Shown: positions 10,309 through 20,060 of the stretch, piece by piece
Layout: every line of letters starts with the position of its first letter
Position numbering within the stretch: position 1 is the first letter of the stretch
DNA from: Gemmatimonadota bacterium
Lineage (GTDB): Bacteria > Gemmatimonadota > Gemmatimonadetes > Palauibacterales > KS3-K002
Length of the DNA: 64,000 nucleotides
Reading direction: 5' to 3'
Assembly (NCBI GenBank): GCA_039586795.1
Contig: JBDHJS010000008.1
Location: forward strand, 39,157 to 103,156
Notes under the pieces: model-generated
Seen by the model: the letters and a program-made list of their open reading frames with translations, nothing else
The model's database searches: none
Told to the model about the DNA's origin: nothing
Program-made: the position numbers and the translations under genes

Positions 10309-10841
10309 TCGCGCCGTCCCTCCTTAGACTTTCGCAGACCCTTCCCTAGCGCGGATTCGAGGAAGTCGAGCTGTGCCGTATCGTAGCCGCCACGCTCCGC
10401 GAGATCACGAATCGCCTCGAGGTACTCTTCTGGATCTTGGAAGTTGGTGTAGACCGAGGCAAATCGTACGTAGGCGACCTGATCGAGATCGCGCAGCCGA
10501 TGCATGACCTGCTCGCCGATTTGCCAGCTTTCCACTTCGCCGGACTCGCTACGTTCCAGACCGTCACTGATCGAGTCGGCGATCTCCTCAATCTGCGCCA
10601 GCGTTACGGGTCTCTTCTTGCAGGCCAGCTGGATTCCGCGGATGAGCTTGACGCGGTCGAACGCCTCGAAGCTTCCATCGCTTTTCTTTATGGATAGCGG
10701 CCGTTCTTCGACAACCTCATAGGTTGTGAAGCGCTCGCCACAGTCGTCGCACTCGCGACGCCGGCGAACGGCCCGACCCTCACGGCTCGTGCGCGAGTCG
10801 ACTACGCGGTTCTTCGTGTGGCCGCAGTAAGGACAGCGCAT
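10305..10841 (-). CDS. nrdR: transcriptional repressor NrdR
   Basis: MRCPYC..VVDSR..RRRREC..C..RFTTYE zinc ribbon, ATP cone, AYVRFASVY. Confidence 0.98.
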   Translation of the reverse strand: MRCPYCGHTKNRVVDSRTSREGRAVRRRRECDDCGERFTTYEVVEERPLSIKKSDGSFEAFDRVKLIRGIQLACKKRPVTLAQIEEIADSISDGLERSESGEVESWQIGEQVMHRLRDLDQVAYVRFASVYTNFQDPEEYLEAIRDLAERGGYDTAQLDFLESALGKGLRKSKEGRRE

Positions 10842-10856
10842 TTAGGTAGGAAATAC

Positions 10857-10881
10857 GATGCCCGGCTCCTGGCCGGGCATC
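10857..10881 (-). terminator. hairpin after cpoB (terminator-like)
   Basis: perfect 10-bp stem GATGCCCGGC/GCCGGGCATC with 5-nt loop, weak GTATTT tail. Confidence 0.5.
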
Positions 10882-10884
10882 CCG

Positions 10885-11688
10885 TTAACGGCAATCCAAT
10901 CGTTCGGCCTGATCTGTAGCCAGCCGCGACTCATCGCTCCTTGGGTATCCAGCCAGTATCCGCTGGAAGAACTGACAGGCCTCGTCTCTGTTTCCCTGCC
11001 CCACTTCGAGTAATCCCGCCTTGTAAAGAGCGGTCGGCGCGGTGCGCGAGTTGGGATAGAGCTCCACAACGCGCCGGTACTCGCGGATCGCCCGCTCAGC
11101 ATCGTCTTCCTCCCGGTAGGTCTCCGCCATGTAGTACTGAGCATCAGGCGCCAGCTCGTCCGCGGGGTAGGTCTCGAGGAACTCCTGGAAACCCGCCCGT
11201 GCCGTCCCATAGGCACCACGACGAAACTGTTCGATGGAAGCAGCGTAGAGAGAGCGCGCGTCGCTGCCGCTTGGCGGAGCGACGTCCCCCTCAGGGATGC
11301 TGTCTGGCGGGCCGAGGAAATCTGTGGGGCCCACCGCTCCCGCCATGAAATCGGCGTCGTCCACCTGACGCTGCTCGATGCGCTCCCTGAGATTCTGGAG
11401 GACGATCTGGCTTTGGCCCAACAACTCCTGGATTTCCACCAGCTGCCGCTCCATGTCATCGAGCTGTCGGCGGATATCACCGCGCGTCTGAAGCGAAATG
11501 GATCGCTGTTGTTCAATCGCATCGGCGAGGGCGCCTTCGAAGTCGTCGATCTTGTCCTCGATTTCGCCCTGCCGTCGCTCGATAGACGCCAACTCCGCAT
11601 TGATGTTGTCGACGTCCTTCTTCGTAGCGCAGGCGCTCGCCCCGACAACCGCCAGGGCGAGCAAGAGCCTGCCGATCATTCTGTTCAT
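10885..11688 (-). CDS. cpoB: Tol-Pal system protein CpoB/YbgF (lipoprotein)
   Basis: lipobox ASAC, coiled coil, three C-terminal TPRs with YP motifs; directly after pal. Confidence 0.92.
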   Translation of the reverse strand: MNRMIGRLLLALAVVGASACATKKDVDNINAELASIERRQGEIEDKIDDFEGALADAIEQQRSISLQTRGDIRRQLDDMERQLVEIQELLGQSQIVLQNLRERIEQRQVDDADFMAGAVGPTDFLGPPDSIPEGDVAPPSGSDARSLYAASIEQFRRGAYGTARAGFQEFLETYPADELAPDAQYYMAETYREEDDAERAIREYRRVVELYPNSRTAPTALYKAGLLEVGQGNRDEACQFFQRILAGYPRSDESRLATDQAERLDCR

Positions 11689-11716
11689 CTTTCTATACTA
11701 CTCCCCAGCGAGGGCG

Positions 11717-12304
11717 TTACCCTCCCAGGCTGCCGTAGTTCGTGACGGAGAAATCGTCACGACGATTCAGAGACCACGCCTGGTCGTTCGACGCACGATC
11801 GAGCGGACGCTCCTCACCATAGCTAATAGTCGAGAAGCGGCTGGCCTCCAGGCCATAGCTCATCAGGTAGCGCCTCACTGCCTCGGCACGTCTCTGACCC
11901 AACGCTAGGTTGTATTCGTTCGAACCGCGCTCGTCGCAGTTGCCTTCGATGCGGAGCTCGATACCGGGGTACTCGCGCAGCACGCTAACCTTGCGTTGCA
12001 GGATCTCCTCGGCATCCGGGCGAATGTCCGACTTGTCAAAGTCGAAGTGCACGCGCTCGGCCAGGACGGTCATCACACGGTTGCGCTCCGCCGCTGCACG
12101 ACGCTTCTCTTCTTCCTCACGGCGCCGACGCTCTGCCTCTTCGCGGGCGCGACGCTCGGCCTCAACGTCGACCGCCGGTACCGGTTCCGGCTCGGGCTCC
12201 GGCTCGGGCTCCGGCTCCGGCGCGCTACCGCCACCACACCCGACGATGAGCAAGACGAGCGCCATCGTGCCTACCCGGCCCAGCTTGTTCTTCCAGTAGC
12301 TCAT
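11717..12304 (-). CDS. pal: peptidoglycan-associated lipoprotein
   Basis: lipobox IVGC, VHFDFDKS, IEGNCDERGSNEYNLALGQRRA, SYGEE, NRR. Confidence 0.96.
   Translation of the reverse strand: MSYWKNKLGRVGTMALVLLIVGCGGGSAPEPEPEPEPEPEPVPAVDVEAERRAREEAERRRREEEEKRRAAAERNRVMTVLAERVHFDFDKSDIRPDAEEILQRKVSVLREYPGIELRIEGNCDERGSNEYNLALGQRRAEAVRRYLMSYGLEASRFSTISYGEERPLDRASNDQAWSLNRRDDFSVTNYGSLGG
12182..12220 (-). repeat. hexamer repeat encoding the (PE)6 linker of Pal
   Basis: tandem CC(G/C)GA(G/A) units giving PEPEPEPEPEPEP. Confidence 0.85.
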
Positions 12305-12319
12305 AGACCTGACCGCTCC

Positions 12320-13705
12320 CTAGGGATTGTTTGGTTGATTGCCCACTGCTGCTTCGTCTATCAAGTAAGAGGGGGAATCTAAGCGCCCCGACCAGTCAGG
12401 CAAGCGGACGTCGAAGCCGCCGACAAGCTTGCGAATCCGGCCTGTAACGACGTCCAGGATCCAGAGACCGGCCGTCCCACCGCGCGTAGAGTGAAAAACG
12501 ATATGGCGTCCGTCGGGCGCCCAACTAGGGTCTTCGTTTCTACCCATTTGGGTCAGCTGACGCAGCCCTCGACCGTCTGGCGCGACAGTGAATATCTCGG
12601 GAACGCCATCTACCCAACCGTGAAACGCGATACGGTCCCCCATCGGGGACCAGTCCGGACCCGCATTGTGCACGCTACGGTCGTAGATATAGGGCGTCAG
12701 CAGTTCGGGGTCCCCATCGCGCGTGTCTTTTGTGAAAATATGGAGTTGGCCGAGGCGATCGGAGTTGAACGCAATACGTCGGCTATCGGGCGCAAACGTC
12801 GGGGACAGCGAGTTCGAAAAGCGGGCAAAGGTCTTGCGCTCCGCGCAACAATCGCGTGCCAAATCGTACGTGTAAATCTCAGTTCGCCCTTCGATCGTAG
12901 CTGCGAACCCGAGCAGAGTGCCATCCGGCGAGTAAGCCGGCGTCATGTCCATGCCCGGCAGATCGACTTTCTTCCGCGATATTCCGCTCTCGAGATCCAA
13001 TACGAAGATCGCCGGGTCGCCATCTTTATATGACATATAGGCAATCCCCTCACCGGAGGGCGCCCAAGCCGGTGACAAAGCGATCGTACTGTCGCGGGTC
13101 ATACGCTGTGCCCGAAAACCGTCGCTATCGACCACAAAGATCTCCGAGCCACCCGGGCCCGGCGCCACGTACGCTATGCGCGTCGAGGCGATCCCTTCAG
13201 CGCTGGTTGCCCACTCCAGGACGACATCGGAAGCGCGGTGTATCGCGAGCCTTGCGTCGGGATGTCGTAGCGGTGGCAACTCGAAGGCGCGAACGTCCTG
13301 CAGCAAACGGAACACCACGTCGTGAAGCGAAAGCCTCAGGACGGGTGAGTCCGCGGGCCCCTCGATGACACCGACGAGAAGCCACACGGCGCCCAGCTCG
13401 TCCCACAACCCGTAGTTTATCGGCCCATCCTGCGGGATGTCCTCACCGGCGCGCATCGGTTCCAAGCGATCGCTATAGTCCAGATCACGGAGGATGATTC
13501 GCCGCACGCTGTCAGCCAACTCTCGCAGCTCATCTGGCGCATCGACTCTTGGCATCGCGATGCCCGGGCGGAAGGACGGCTGGTAGAGGATTCCGACTCT
13601 GACGTCGTTCGGAATACTATCGCGATCTTGCGCAGCGGCCGAGGTTGGTATTGCCAGGGCACCGAGCGCGAGACCGATCGTGAGTAAGTCGCCGTGTCGT
13701 TTCAT
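12320..13705 (-). CDS. tolB: TolB
   Basis: signal peptide, TolB N-terminal domain, PD40 repeats (PAWAP, PAYSPDG, PDWSP, PSWAPDG); position in tol-pal operon. Confidence 0.92.
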   Translation of the reverse strand: MKRHGDLLTIGLALGALAIPTSAAAQDRDSIPNDVRVGILYQPSFRPGIAMPRVDAPDELRELADSVRRIILRDLDYSDRLEPMRAGEDIPQDGPINYGLWDELGAVWLLVGVIEGPADSPVLRLSLHDVVFRLLQDVRAFELPPLRHPDARLAIHRASDVVLEWATSAEGIASTRIAYVAPGPGGSEIFVVDSDGFRAQRMTRDSTIALSPAWAPSGEGIAYMSYKDGDPAIFVLDLESGISRKKVDLPGMDMTPAYSPDGTLLGFAATIEGRTEIYTYDLARDCCAERKTFARFSNSLSPTFAPDSRRIAFNSDRLGQLHIFTKDTRDGDPELLTPYIYDRSVHNAGPDWSPMGDRIAFHGWVDGVPEIFTVAPDGRGLRQLTQMGRNEDPSWAPDGRHIVFHSTRGGTAGLWILDVVTGRIRKLVGGFDVRLPDWSGRLDSPSYLIDEAAVGNQPNNP

Positions 13706-13734
13706 TCTATTCAAATGTCAGACGCCATGATCTG

Positions 13735-14469
13735 TTAGTATCGTGTAGGATCGAAGAAGAACGAGACCCGCAACTGATCCGAAGGATAGTCCTCGGGCAA
13801 CGGTCCAAACACGCCACGCCGCCCAGCCGCTTCGATCGCTCCACGCGCTTCCAGGTCGAACGACCAGTTGCCCGACCTGCGAACCCATGACACTCCCTCC
13901 ACCGTCCCATCACGCAGAATCGTGAACGACAATTCCGCTCGCAGCTGTTGGGCACCGCTGGGCGGCCGCCAGTGTCGTTTGATCTGCAAGATAATGTTCG
14001 CCAGATACTCCGGGTACGGGAAAGGCGCTCCTTCGAGGCGAACCGGCTGGCCCTCCACCCCTTCGGTGCTCTGCTCTGGCGGCGCCGCAGCTCGCTCCTC
14101 TACCACGGGTTCCGGCTCCTCGGCCGCTTCCTCCGCTTCGGGCTCCGGATCCGGCGGCGGAGTCTCCTGTTGGGGTCGCTCGGTCACTGCCGGGACGGTT
14201 TCCTTTGGCGGTCGCTGCGGCTCCGGTTCGGGTTCCGGTGGTTGAGGCCGACGTTCAGGAACCGGAACCTGTTGAACGGGAGCTGGCTGGGGTCTTGCAA
14301 CGAGCTCCACCTCGTAGACCTCGGGCCGAGATGGCAGAGTGAGCTGCGTAGCGCCCCAAAATATGAAGGCGAGGAGGCCTGTGTGCAGGCTCAGAGACCC
14401 GACGATAGCGCCCGTGGGCAGGCCCTCGTCCTGTCCGCGCGCTTCTCGACGGATGATCAGCCTCGCCAT
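13735..14469 (-). CDS. tolA: TolA/TonB-family energy transducer
   Basis: N-terminal TM with SxxxH motif (SLSLH), Pro/Glu-rich linker, TonB_2-type C-terminal domain (RSGNWSFDLEA). Confidence 0.82.
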   Translation of the reverse strand: MARLIIRREARGQDEGLPTGAIVGSLSLHTGLLAFIFWGATQLTLPSRPEVYEVELVARPQPAPVQQVPVPERRPQPPEPEPEPQRPPKETVPAVTERPQQETPPPDPEPEAEEAAEEPEPVVEERAAAPPEQSTEGVEGQPVRLEGAPFPYPEYLANIILQIKRHWRPPSGAQQLRAELSFTILRDGTVEGVSWVRRSGNWSFDLEARGAIEAAGRRGVFGPLPEDYPSDQLRVSFFFDPTRY

Positions 14470-14473
14470 AGCC

Positions 14474-14902
14474 TCAGCGTCTTCGTTGTACTGCCGGTTC
14501 CGCCACTAGACCGACCGATTCGATCTCCGCGGCTTTGAGGGCCGCAATGACCTTCAACACGACACCATACGCGGACGCCTCGTCACCCTGCACGTAGACA
14601 GCCGGCATGCCGTTCTGAATCCAGACGTCATGTATTGCTGCCTTGAACTCATCCAACGTGACCATCGCGTCATCGATGTAGATGGCGCCTTCCTTGTCCA
14701 CCGATACGACGATCGCCTCCGATGCCGGCAGCGGTGCGACCTCTGCTTTAGGGACCTGGATCTGGACACCACCCTGGAGAATGGGGGCGGTGATCATGAA
14801 GATCACCAGCAGCGTAAAGGCGACATCGACCAGGTTTATCAGGTTGATGTCGGCGGAAAGCGGCATGCCCCGATCCTCGAACAGCCCTCTATTGTTCGCC
14901 AT
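14474..14902 (-). CDS. tolR: TolR/ExbD
   Basis: INLINLVDVAFTLLVIFMITAP TM with conserved Asp. Confidence 0.9.
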   Translation of the reverse strand: MANNRGLFEDRGMPLSADINLINLVDVAFTLLVIFMITAPILQGGVQIQVPKAEVAPLPASEAIVVSVDKEGAIYIDDAMVTLDEFKAAIHDVWIQNGMPAVYVQGDEASAYGVVLKVIAALKAAEIESVGLVAEPAVQRRR

Positions 14903-15615
14903 CAGATCTTGCCCTCCCGGGCCAATGCTCCAATGAACTCGCTGGAAAAGCCCTGCAGGTCGCCGGAGAAGAGTGCGAGCCGGCTGGCGAAGAAGTTGTA
15001 GCCGATGACCGCTGGAATCGCGACGCCCAAACCGGTGACCGTTGTGATCAGCGCCTCGGCGATTCCCGGGGCCACGGCCGTTATGTTCGCCGTGCCCTGG
15101 ACGGAGATTCCCACAAAGGCATCCATGACGCCGACCACCGTCCCCATCAGACCGAGTAGTGGACTGACTGTCGCTATGGTTGCCAGCCCGGGGAGACCGT
15201 GAGCCATGGTATCACGCTCTCCGACGATCTCCTTATCAAGCACCAGCCTCAGCGTTTCAACCTGGGCGGCCCTGAGCCCGGTGTTCGGATTCTCGCCGCG
15301 GCCTCGCAAGCCGGATACGAAGTTCATCCCGTGACGGAACACTCGGAGATAGGGCGAGTCGGCGAGGGCGACCACCGACTTGTAGGCCTCGTCGAGGTGC
15401 TGCGCTTGAGCGACCTGCTCGAGAAACTCGTCTTCCAGGGATCGCACGCGCCGGAACTGGATCCACTTCCAGATGATCAGTATCCACGATGCGAGAGAAA
15501 AGCCGAAGAGCACAGCCAGAATGATCTTGGTCGTGATCGTCGCGTCCGCGACCATGTCCCAGGCGTTGCTGGGTAGCGGATCCTGGACCGCCGCAAGCGG
15601 CGCCAGCCACATCAT
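14902..15615 (-). CDS. tolQ: TolQ/ExbB proton channel
   Basis: SPLLGLMGTV.G, APGIAEALITT..GL.VAIPA..YN; ATGA overlap with the upstream gene. Confidence 0.92.
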   Translation of the reverse strand: MMWLAPLAAVQDPLPSNAWDMVADATITTKIILAVLFGFSLASWILIIWKWIQFRRVRSLEDEFLEQVAQAQHLDEAYKSVVALADSPYLRVFRHGMNFVSGLRGRGENPNTGLRAAQVETLRLVLDKEIVGERDTMAHGLPGLATIATVSPLLGLMGTVVGVMDAFVGISVQGTANITAVAPGIAEALITTVTGLGVAIPAVIGYNFFASRLALFSGDLQGFSSEFIGALAREGKI

Positions 15616-16577
15616 GGCCGTTCCCCGGCAATCCACCTGTAGGTCCGGCCCAATCCTTCTTCTATGTCCACCTCCGCCTCCCATCCAAGTGCACGAAGCT
15701 TGTCACAGTTCAGGCTATTCCACTCCAGTTCGCCCGGACGCGCGGGAGCGTACTGTATCTCGACTTCACGCCCGGCAGAGCTCATCAGCGTCCGGGCCAG
15801 CTTGTTGACGCTGGTTTCGTTTCCGGTACCGACGTTGAACGACCGAGCGTCCAGGTCAAAGCCGCCACCCAGATCGGCTTCGGATACGACCATGTTCGCC
15901 TGCACGACATCGCCGACGTACACATAGTCGCGGGTCTGTTCGCCGTCACCAAAGATCGTCAGCGACTGTCCCCCCATGATCCGGTTCGAGAAAATCGCTA
16001 CGACGCCGGCCTCGCCGTGCGGGTCCTGCCGAGGACCGTAGACGTTGGAGTAGCGCAACGCCGCATAGTCGAGCCCGTGCAGGATCCGGAAACACCGCAA
16101 GTAGAACTCGCTTGTTAGCTTACTGACCCCGTACGGTGACTCCGGACTCTTGGGCGCGGTTTCAGAGATCGGTCGCTCGTCGACATCGCCGTATACGACT
16201 CCACCCGAGGAGACGAATACGACGCGCCTGGTTTCACACGCACGGGCCGCTTCGAGCACATTGAGCAGGCCGCCGATGTTGATGTCCGCGTCGTGGCTCG
16301 GGCGATCTACGGATACTCTTACATCGACCTGGGCCGCATGGTGACTGACCAACTCGAAGCCTCCCTGCTCCTCGAAGAGTTCGAGCACCCGCTTGTCGCG
16401 CACATCCATTTCGACGAAGGTAGCACCGTCGGGGACGTTATCCCGCTTTCCCGAAGAGAGGTCATCGATGATCGTGACCTCCCAGCCGCGTGCCAGGTAG
16501 GCGTCGGCGACGTTTGAGCCGATGAACCCCGCACCACCCGTCACCAGTACCTTACCACTCCCGTTATTCTTCCCCAC
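15612..16577 (-). CDS. NAD-dependent epimerase (UDP-glucose 4-epimerase-like SDR)
   Basis: TGGAGFIGS, YGVSK, RYSNVYGPRQDPHGEAGVVAIF; GTG start at 16577 inferred. Confidence 0.92.
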   Translation of the reverse strand: MGKNNGSGKVLVTGGAGFIGSNVADAYLARGWEVTIIDDLSSGKRDNVPDGATFVEMDVRDKRVLELFEEQGGFELVSHHAAQVDVRVSVDRPSHDADINIGGLLNVLEAARACETRRVVFVSSGGVVYGDVDERPISETAPKSPESPYGVSKLTSEFYLRCFRILHGLDYAALRYSNVYGPRQDPHGEAGVVAIFSNRIMGGQSLTIFGDGEQTRDYVYVGDVVQANMVVSEADLGGGFDLDARSFNVGTGNETSVNKLARTLMSSAGREVEIQYAPARPGELEWNSLNCDKLRALGWEAEVDIEEGLGRTYRWIAGERP

Positions 16578-17859
16578 CGGTACCCTCTTCCAAGTCAAAT
16601 AGAAAGCGAGCCGCGTCCAGCACGTCATGCTCGCGGCCGTCTTCCGCCGCAGCGCGTATTCGCGCCGTAGGCTGATGAAGGAACTTCTTGAGCAAGCTGG
16701 TCGACAATCGCTCGATCTTTTCCCGGTCCGCATCAGACAGATGCTTGAGCTGAGCGAGCGTACGCTCGAGCTCGCCTTGCCGCATGCCGTCCGCGCGGTC
16801 GCGCAGCTGCCGGATCGTCGGAACCGCCTGCAGTCCCGTGTACCAGCGCCAGAACCTATCGACCTCGTCGGTGATGATCTTCTCCGCCTTGGGAAGCTCG
16901 GCTTTACGCCGCTCGAAATTGGCGGAGACTATATGCTGTAGATCGTCGATGCTGTAGAGAAAGACGTTGGGTAAGTCGCCGATCTCTGGCTCGACGTCGC
17001 GTGGAATGGCGATGTCGACAATGAACAGCGGTGACTTGAGCTTCCTGGGCATCCGCTGCTTGAACTCCTCGAGCGTAATCATCGCGTGAGGGGCTGCAGT
17101 GGATGTAACGATGATATCCGTCTCCGGCAGCTGGTCCCAGAAGTCGGAGAACGCAACAGCCTGGCCGCCGAACCGGTCGGCAACCTTCTGAGCCCGTGAG
17201 ATACTGCGACTCGTCACGATGACGCTGGATACACCTTCATCGACCAGGCACTCGAGCGTGAGCTCGCCCATGTTGCCGGCGCCGAGCACAAGACCGCGCC
17301 GCCCACGCAGCGATCCGAAGATCTTGCGAGCGAGCTCGACGGCGGCGGAGGGAACCGATGCGGCACCCTCGGACAGCCGCGTCTCGTTTCGCACTCGACC
17401 GCCGACCGAAAGGGCCGACTGAAACAGACGATTGAACACCGCGCGGACCGCCTGGCGCTGACCTGTGAGGCTGCGGGCCAGCTCGTACGCATCGCGAACC
17501 TGGCCCTGAATCTGTACCTCGCCGAGCACCATCGAATCGAGACCGGAAACCACGCGAAACAGATGCTCGACCGCATCGTGTTCACGCTTGATGTAGAGAT
17601 ACCGTTCGGCGGGCTTCGGAAGATCATCCGCTTGATCCGCGAGGGCGTCGACGATCTGCGGAATCGCGCTATCCGGCTCGGAGAGATGCAGGTAGTACTC
17701 GGTACGATTACACGTTGAGACCAGAGTCGCCTCACGCACGCCGTTGTTCAGGATGGCCTGTGCAAGCGCGTCCGGCATCTCATCCGGCGAGAACGCGAAT
17801 CGCTCGCGAATCTCGATCGGCGCCGTACGGTGGTTCAGGCCTACAACAGCGAACGGCAT
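16564..17859 (-). CDS. hemA: glutamyl-tRNA reductase
   Basis: GLNHRTAP, STCNRTE, GLDSMVLGE.QI.GQV, GAG.MG, DIAIPRD. Confidence 0.98.
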   Translation of the reverse strand: MPFAVVGLNHRTAPIEIRERFAFSPDEMPDALAQAILNNGVREATLVSTCNRTEYYLHLSEPDSAIPQIVDALADQADDLPKPAERYLYIKREHDAVEHLFRVVSGLDSMVLGEVQIQGQVRDAYELARSLTGQRQAVRAVFNRLFQSALSVGGRVRNETRLSEGAASVPSAAVELARKIFGSLRGRRGLVLGAGNMGELTLECLVDEGVSSVIVTSRSISRAQKVADRFGGQAVAFSDFWDQLPETDIIVTSTAAPHAMITLEEFKQRMPRKLKSPLFIVDIAIPRDVEPEIGDLPNVFLYSIDDLQHIVSANFERRKAELPKAEKIITDEVDRFWRWYTGLQAVPTIRQLRDRADGMRQGELERTLAQLKHLSDADREKIERLSTSLLKKFLHQPTARIRAAAEDGREHDVLDAARFLFDLEEGTGGEE

Positions 17860-17938
17860 GTCTCAACCTCGACCCTTACGGGCGTACATGTCGCCGACGG
17901 CAGCCATCCCGAACACTTCATCACAACCCACCGCACCT

Positions 17939-18754
17939 CTACAGGAAGAACTGGCCTTCGGTGACGATCAGCTTAGCAACGAGGTATGCCACAAATACCA
18001 CGCCGAAGCCCGCTACGTTCCACAATGCGGCCTGGCGGGCGGTGCGGCTGCGGCTGAAGCGTGCCCAGAGCGCCAGAAGCATAGCCAACCAGGCCAGCAC
18101 GGCCCAGACGACCTTGGGGTCCGACCATCGAAAGCCACCCTCAAAGCGAATCGTCCATGCCCAGCCCAACCAGATTCCGAGCGTGAGCGCGGCGAATCCG
18201 ATGATGAGAGCCCACTCCGCAAGTCGGTCGAGCGTCTCGAGAGGCGGAAAGAACTCGAAGACGGCACCCAGTTGCTTGTGTTTGAGCTGGCGAAACTGGA
18301 GCAGATACATCGAGGCCGCCGCGGCGGCGACGACCCACCCCACGTAACCGATGAAAGCGAGGAAGATGTGCAGTACCAGCCACCTCCCGCGGAATTCCAA
18401 CTCCGAGCCCGTCGGCTCGATCCCGATCACTAACGCGATCAACAGCACGGCCGCAGCGATGGGAGCCAGGATCAATCCAAGAGATCTGGCCGAAGTGGAC
18501 AGACCCAGGGCGGCCACGGCAAGAGCTACGAGGAGAGCCAGGCTAGCCAGAGAGGGTCCCAGGCCGACCAACGGCGGCTCGCCGAACTGTGACCAGTAGA
18601 GGCCGCTGGCCGCGAGGTGAGCCAAAAGGCCAGCGGATACGATGACCGCGCCCACCGCAGTAGCCCCAGGCTGGGCCCGGGCAAACCGCGTGGCATATCG
18701 GACGGAAGCGGCCAAATAGAAGGCCGCGGCAATAGCATAGACGGCTACGAGCAT
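17939..18754 (-). CDS. cytochrome c biogenesis CcsA/HemX-like membrane protein
   Basis: about 8 TM helices, conserved His, PPLETLD, W..DPK motif; directly upstream of hemA. Confidence 0.85.
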   Translation of the reverse strand: MLVAVYAIAAAFYLAASVRYATRFARAQPGATAVGAVIVSAGLLAHLAASGLYWSQFGEPPLVGLGPSLASLALLVALAVAALGLSTSARSLGLILAPIAAAVLLIALVIGIEPTGSELEFRGRWLVLHIFLAFIGYVGWVVAAAAASMYLLQFRQLKHKQLGAVFEFFPPLETLDRLAEWALIIGFAALTLGIWLGWAWTIRFEGGFRWSDPKVVWAVLAWLAMLLALWARFSRSRTARQAALWNVAGFGVVFVAYLVAKLIVTEGQFFL

Positions 18755-18789
18755 TCGAAGGGAATATATGAATCAGGTGGGCAGAAACT

Positions 18790-18820
18790 AGGCCGGCCGG
18801 CTCGAAGAGCCGGCCGGCCT
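18790..18820 (-). terminator. intrinsic terminator after the LysM gene
   Basis: perfect 14-bp stem AGGCCGGCCGGCTC/GAGCCGGCCGGCCT followed by AGTTTCT on the minus strand. Confidence 0.7.
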
Positions 18821-18848
18821 GGTGCTATTACGATGCTGCCAAGTCTAG

Positions 18849-20060
18849 CTATGACGGCATCTTGCGGATAAGACGGACGGGCAATCCGGCGTTGATAGCG
18901 GCATGCTTCTGAGAGATGAAGCGAATCGTCGCGGTCTGCTCCGTGACCCGCACCACTCGGCCCTCGGCGATGGGCGTCTCGGGTAAACGGTAGCCCATAC
19001 TGGACTCACGCTGCTCGGCGAAGATCTCGAACTCGTCGCCGACGACCAGGCCTTGGGTTCGGCCGATGTTGATGAATCCCATGTCGTCGACCATTGGCAC
19101 GAACTGGGCGTCGAGTAACGCAACGAGCTCACCTGCCGGGCCGGCCGCTACCGGCTGCGCGAACACGCCTCGCTCCATCGAAAAGTACTCGAGCCCTGAC
19201 ACGGAATTACCGACCGCGATTTTGTCGAAGACCTGTGTCACGATCGCCGTCGAGACCTCATCATGAACGGCAGCGACGGTCACGATACCCGTCGGCCGCA
19301 CAACGTACCCATAGGGCTTGATGCGCTCTTCGATGCGGGTAATCAGCAGTCGGTCGCCCGGCTCGGGCGGCTCTCCGCCGGGATGGCTGACGAAGACCCT
19401 ATCGTACTGATTGGTCAGTTCGACCAGCGGCGCCTCGACATTCTGCGGTATCCCCGCGTCGACGACAATTCCGCGCGGGCCAAGCTCCTCGAGCTGGAGC
19501 AGCATTCCCGCTCGATAGAAGTCGCCGTCGTTGACCGATTTGGGATCTAGCGGCGGAGTCGGCTCGTAAGTGAGCGTCGTCACCTGGAGATCACGCGGTG
19601 CGAAGATCGTGGGCTGGTCTTGCCCGACGATGGGGACCTCCTGAGGCGGCACATCCACCGGTACTTCGGGGACCGGAACCCGATCCTCTTCGCCCGGCAC
19701 CCTGTCCTCCGGCGTGACCGCGACGACCTCGCCGGGACCTGGCAGCAGAAGTTCCTCCGCTGGGTAGATCCAGTGCGGATCCTCTACCACGATCGTATTG
19801 AGCCGGTAGATCTCCGGCCACAGGAAAGGATCGCTGAGGTAGAATTCCGCGAGGTCCCAAAGCGTATCCCCTCTCCGGACGGTGTGCACACGACGACCCT
19901 CTTGGGTCGTCGGAGCCACCTGATCTTGCTGCCTTTCTTGCGCTTGTAGGGGGAGGGCTTCAGGCAGTATTGCCGCGAGTGCGACTGCGGCTGTGGACAG
20001 GACAAGCTTAGAAGGGCAGGTCGTCACCCTCCTCCAGCGATTCCGCCGGGAAGTCTTCAT
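18849..20060 (-). CDS. exported LysM peptidoglycan-binding protein (TsaP-like)
   Basis: signal peptide, LysM GDTLWDLA..YL.DPFLWPEIY..N....DPHWIYP, Pro-rich linker, beta-rich C-terminus; start uncertain and overlaps the ssb end. Confidence 0.85.
   Translation of the reverse strand: MKTSRRNRWRRVTTCPSKLVLSTAAVALAAILPEALPLQAQERQQDQVAPTTQEGRRVHTVRRGDTLWDLAEFYLSDPFLWPEIYRLNTIVVEDPHWIYPAEELLLPGPGEVVAVTPEDRVPGEEDRVPVPEVPVDVPPQEVPIVGQDQPTIFAPRDLQVTTLTYEPTPPLDPKSVNDGDFYRAGMLLQLEELGPRGIVVDAGIPQNVEAPLVELTNQYDRVFVSHPGGEPPEPGDRLLITRIEERIKPYGYVVRPTGIVTVAAVHDEVSTAIVTQVFDKIAVGNSVSGLEYFSMERGVFAQPVAAGPAGELVALLDAQFVPMVDDMGFINIGRTQGLVVGDEFEIFAEQRESSMGYRLPETPIAEGRVVRVTEQTATIRFISQKHAAINAGLPVRLIRKMPS

Noticed and set aside
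17905..17930. Rex-like TTGTGA upstream of hemA
   Set aside because: Only a half-site; there is no matching TCACAA.
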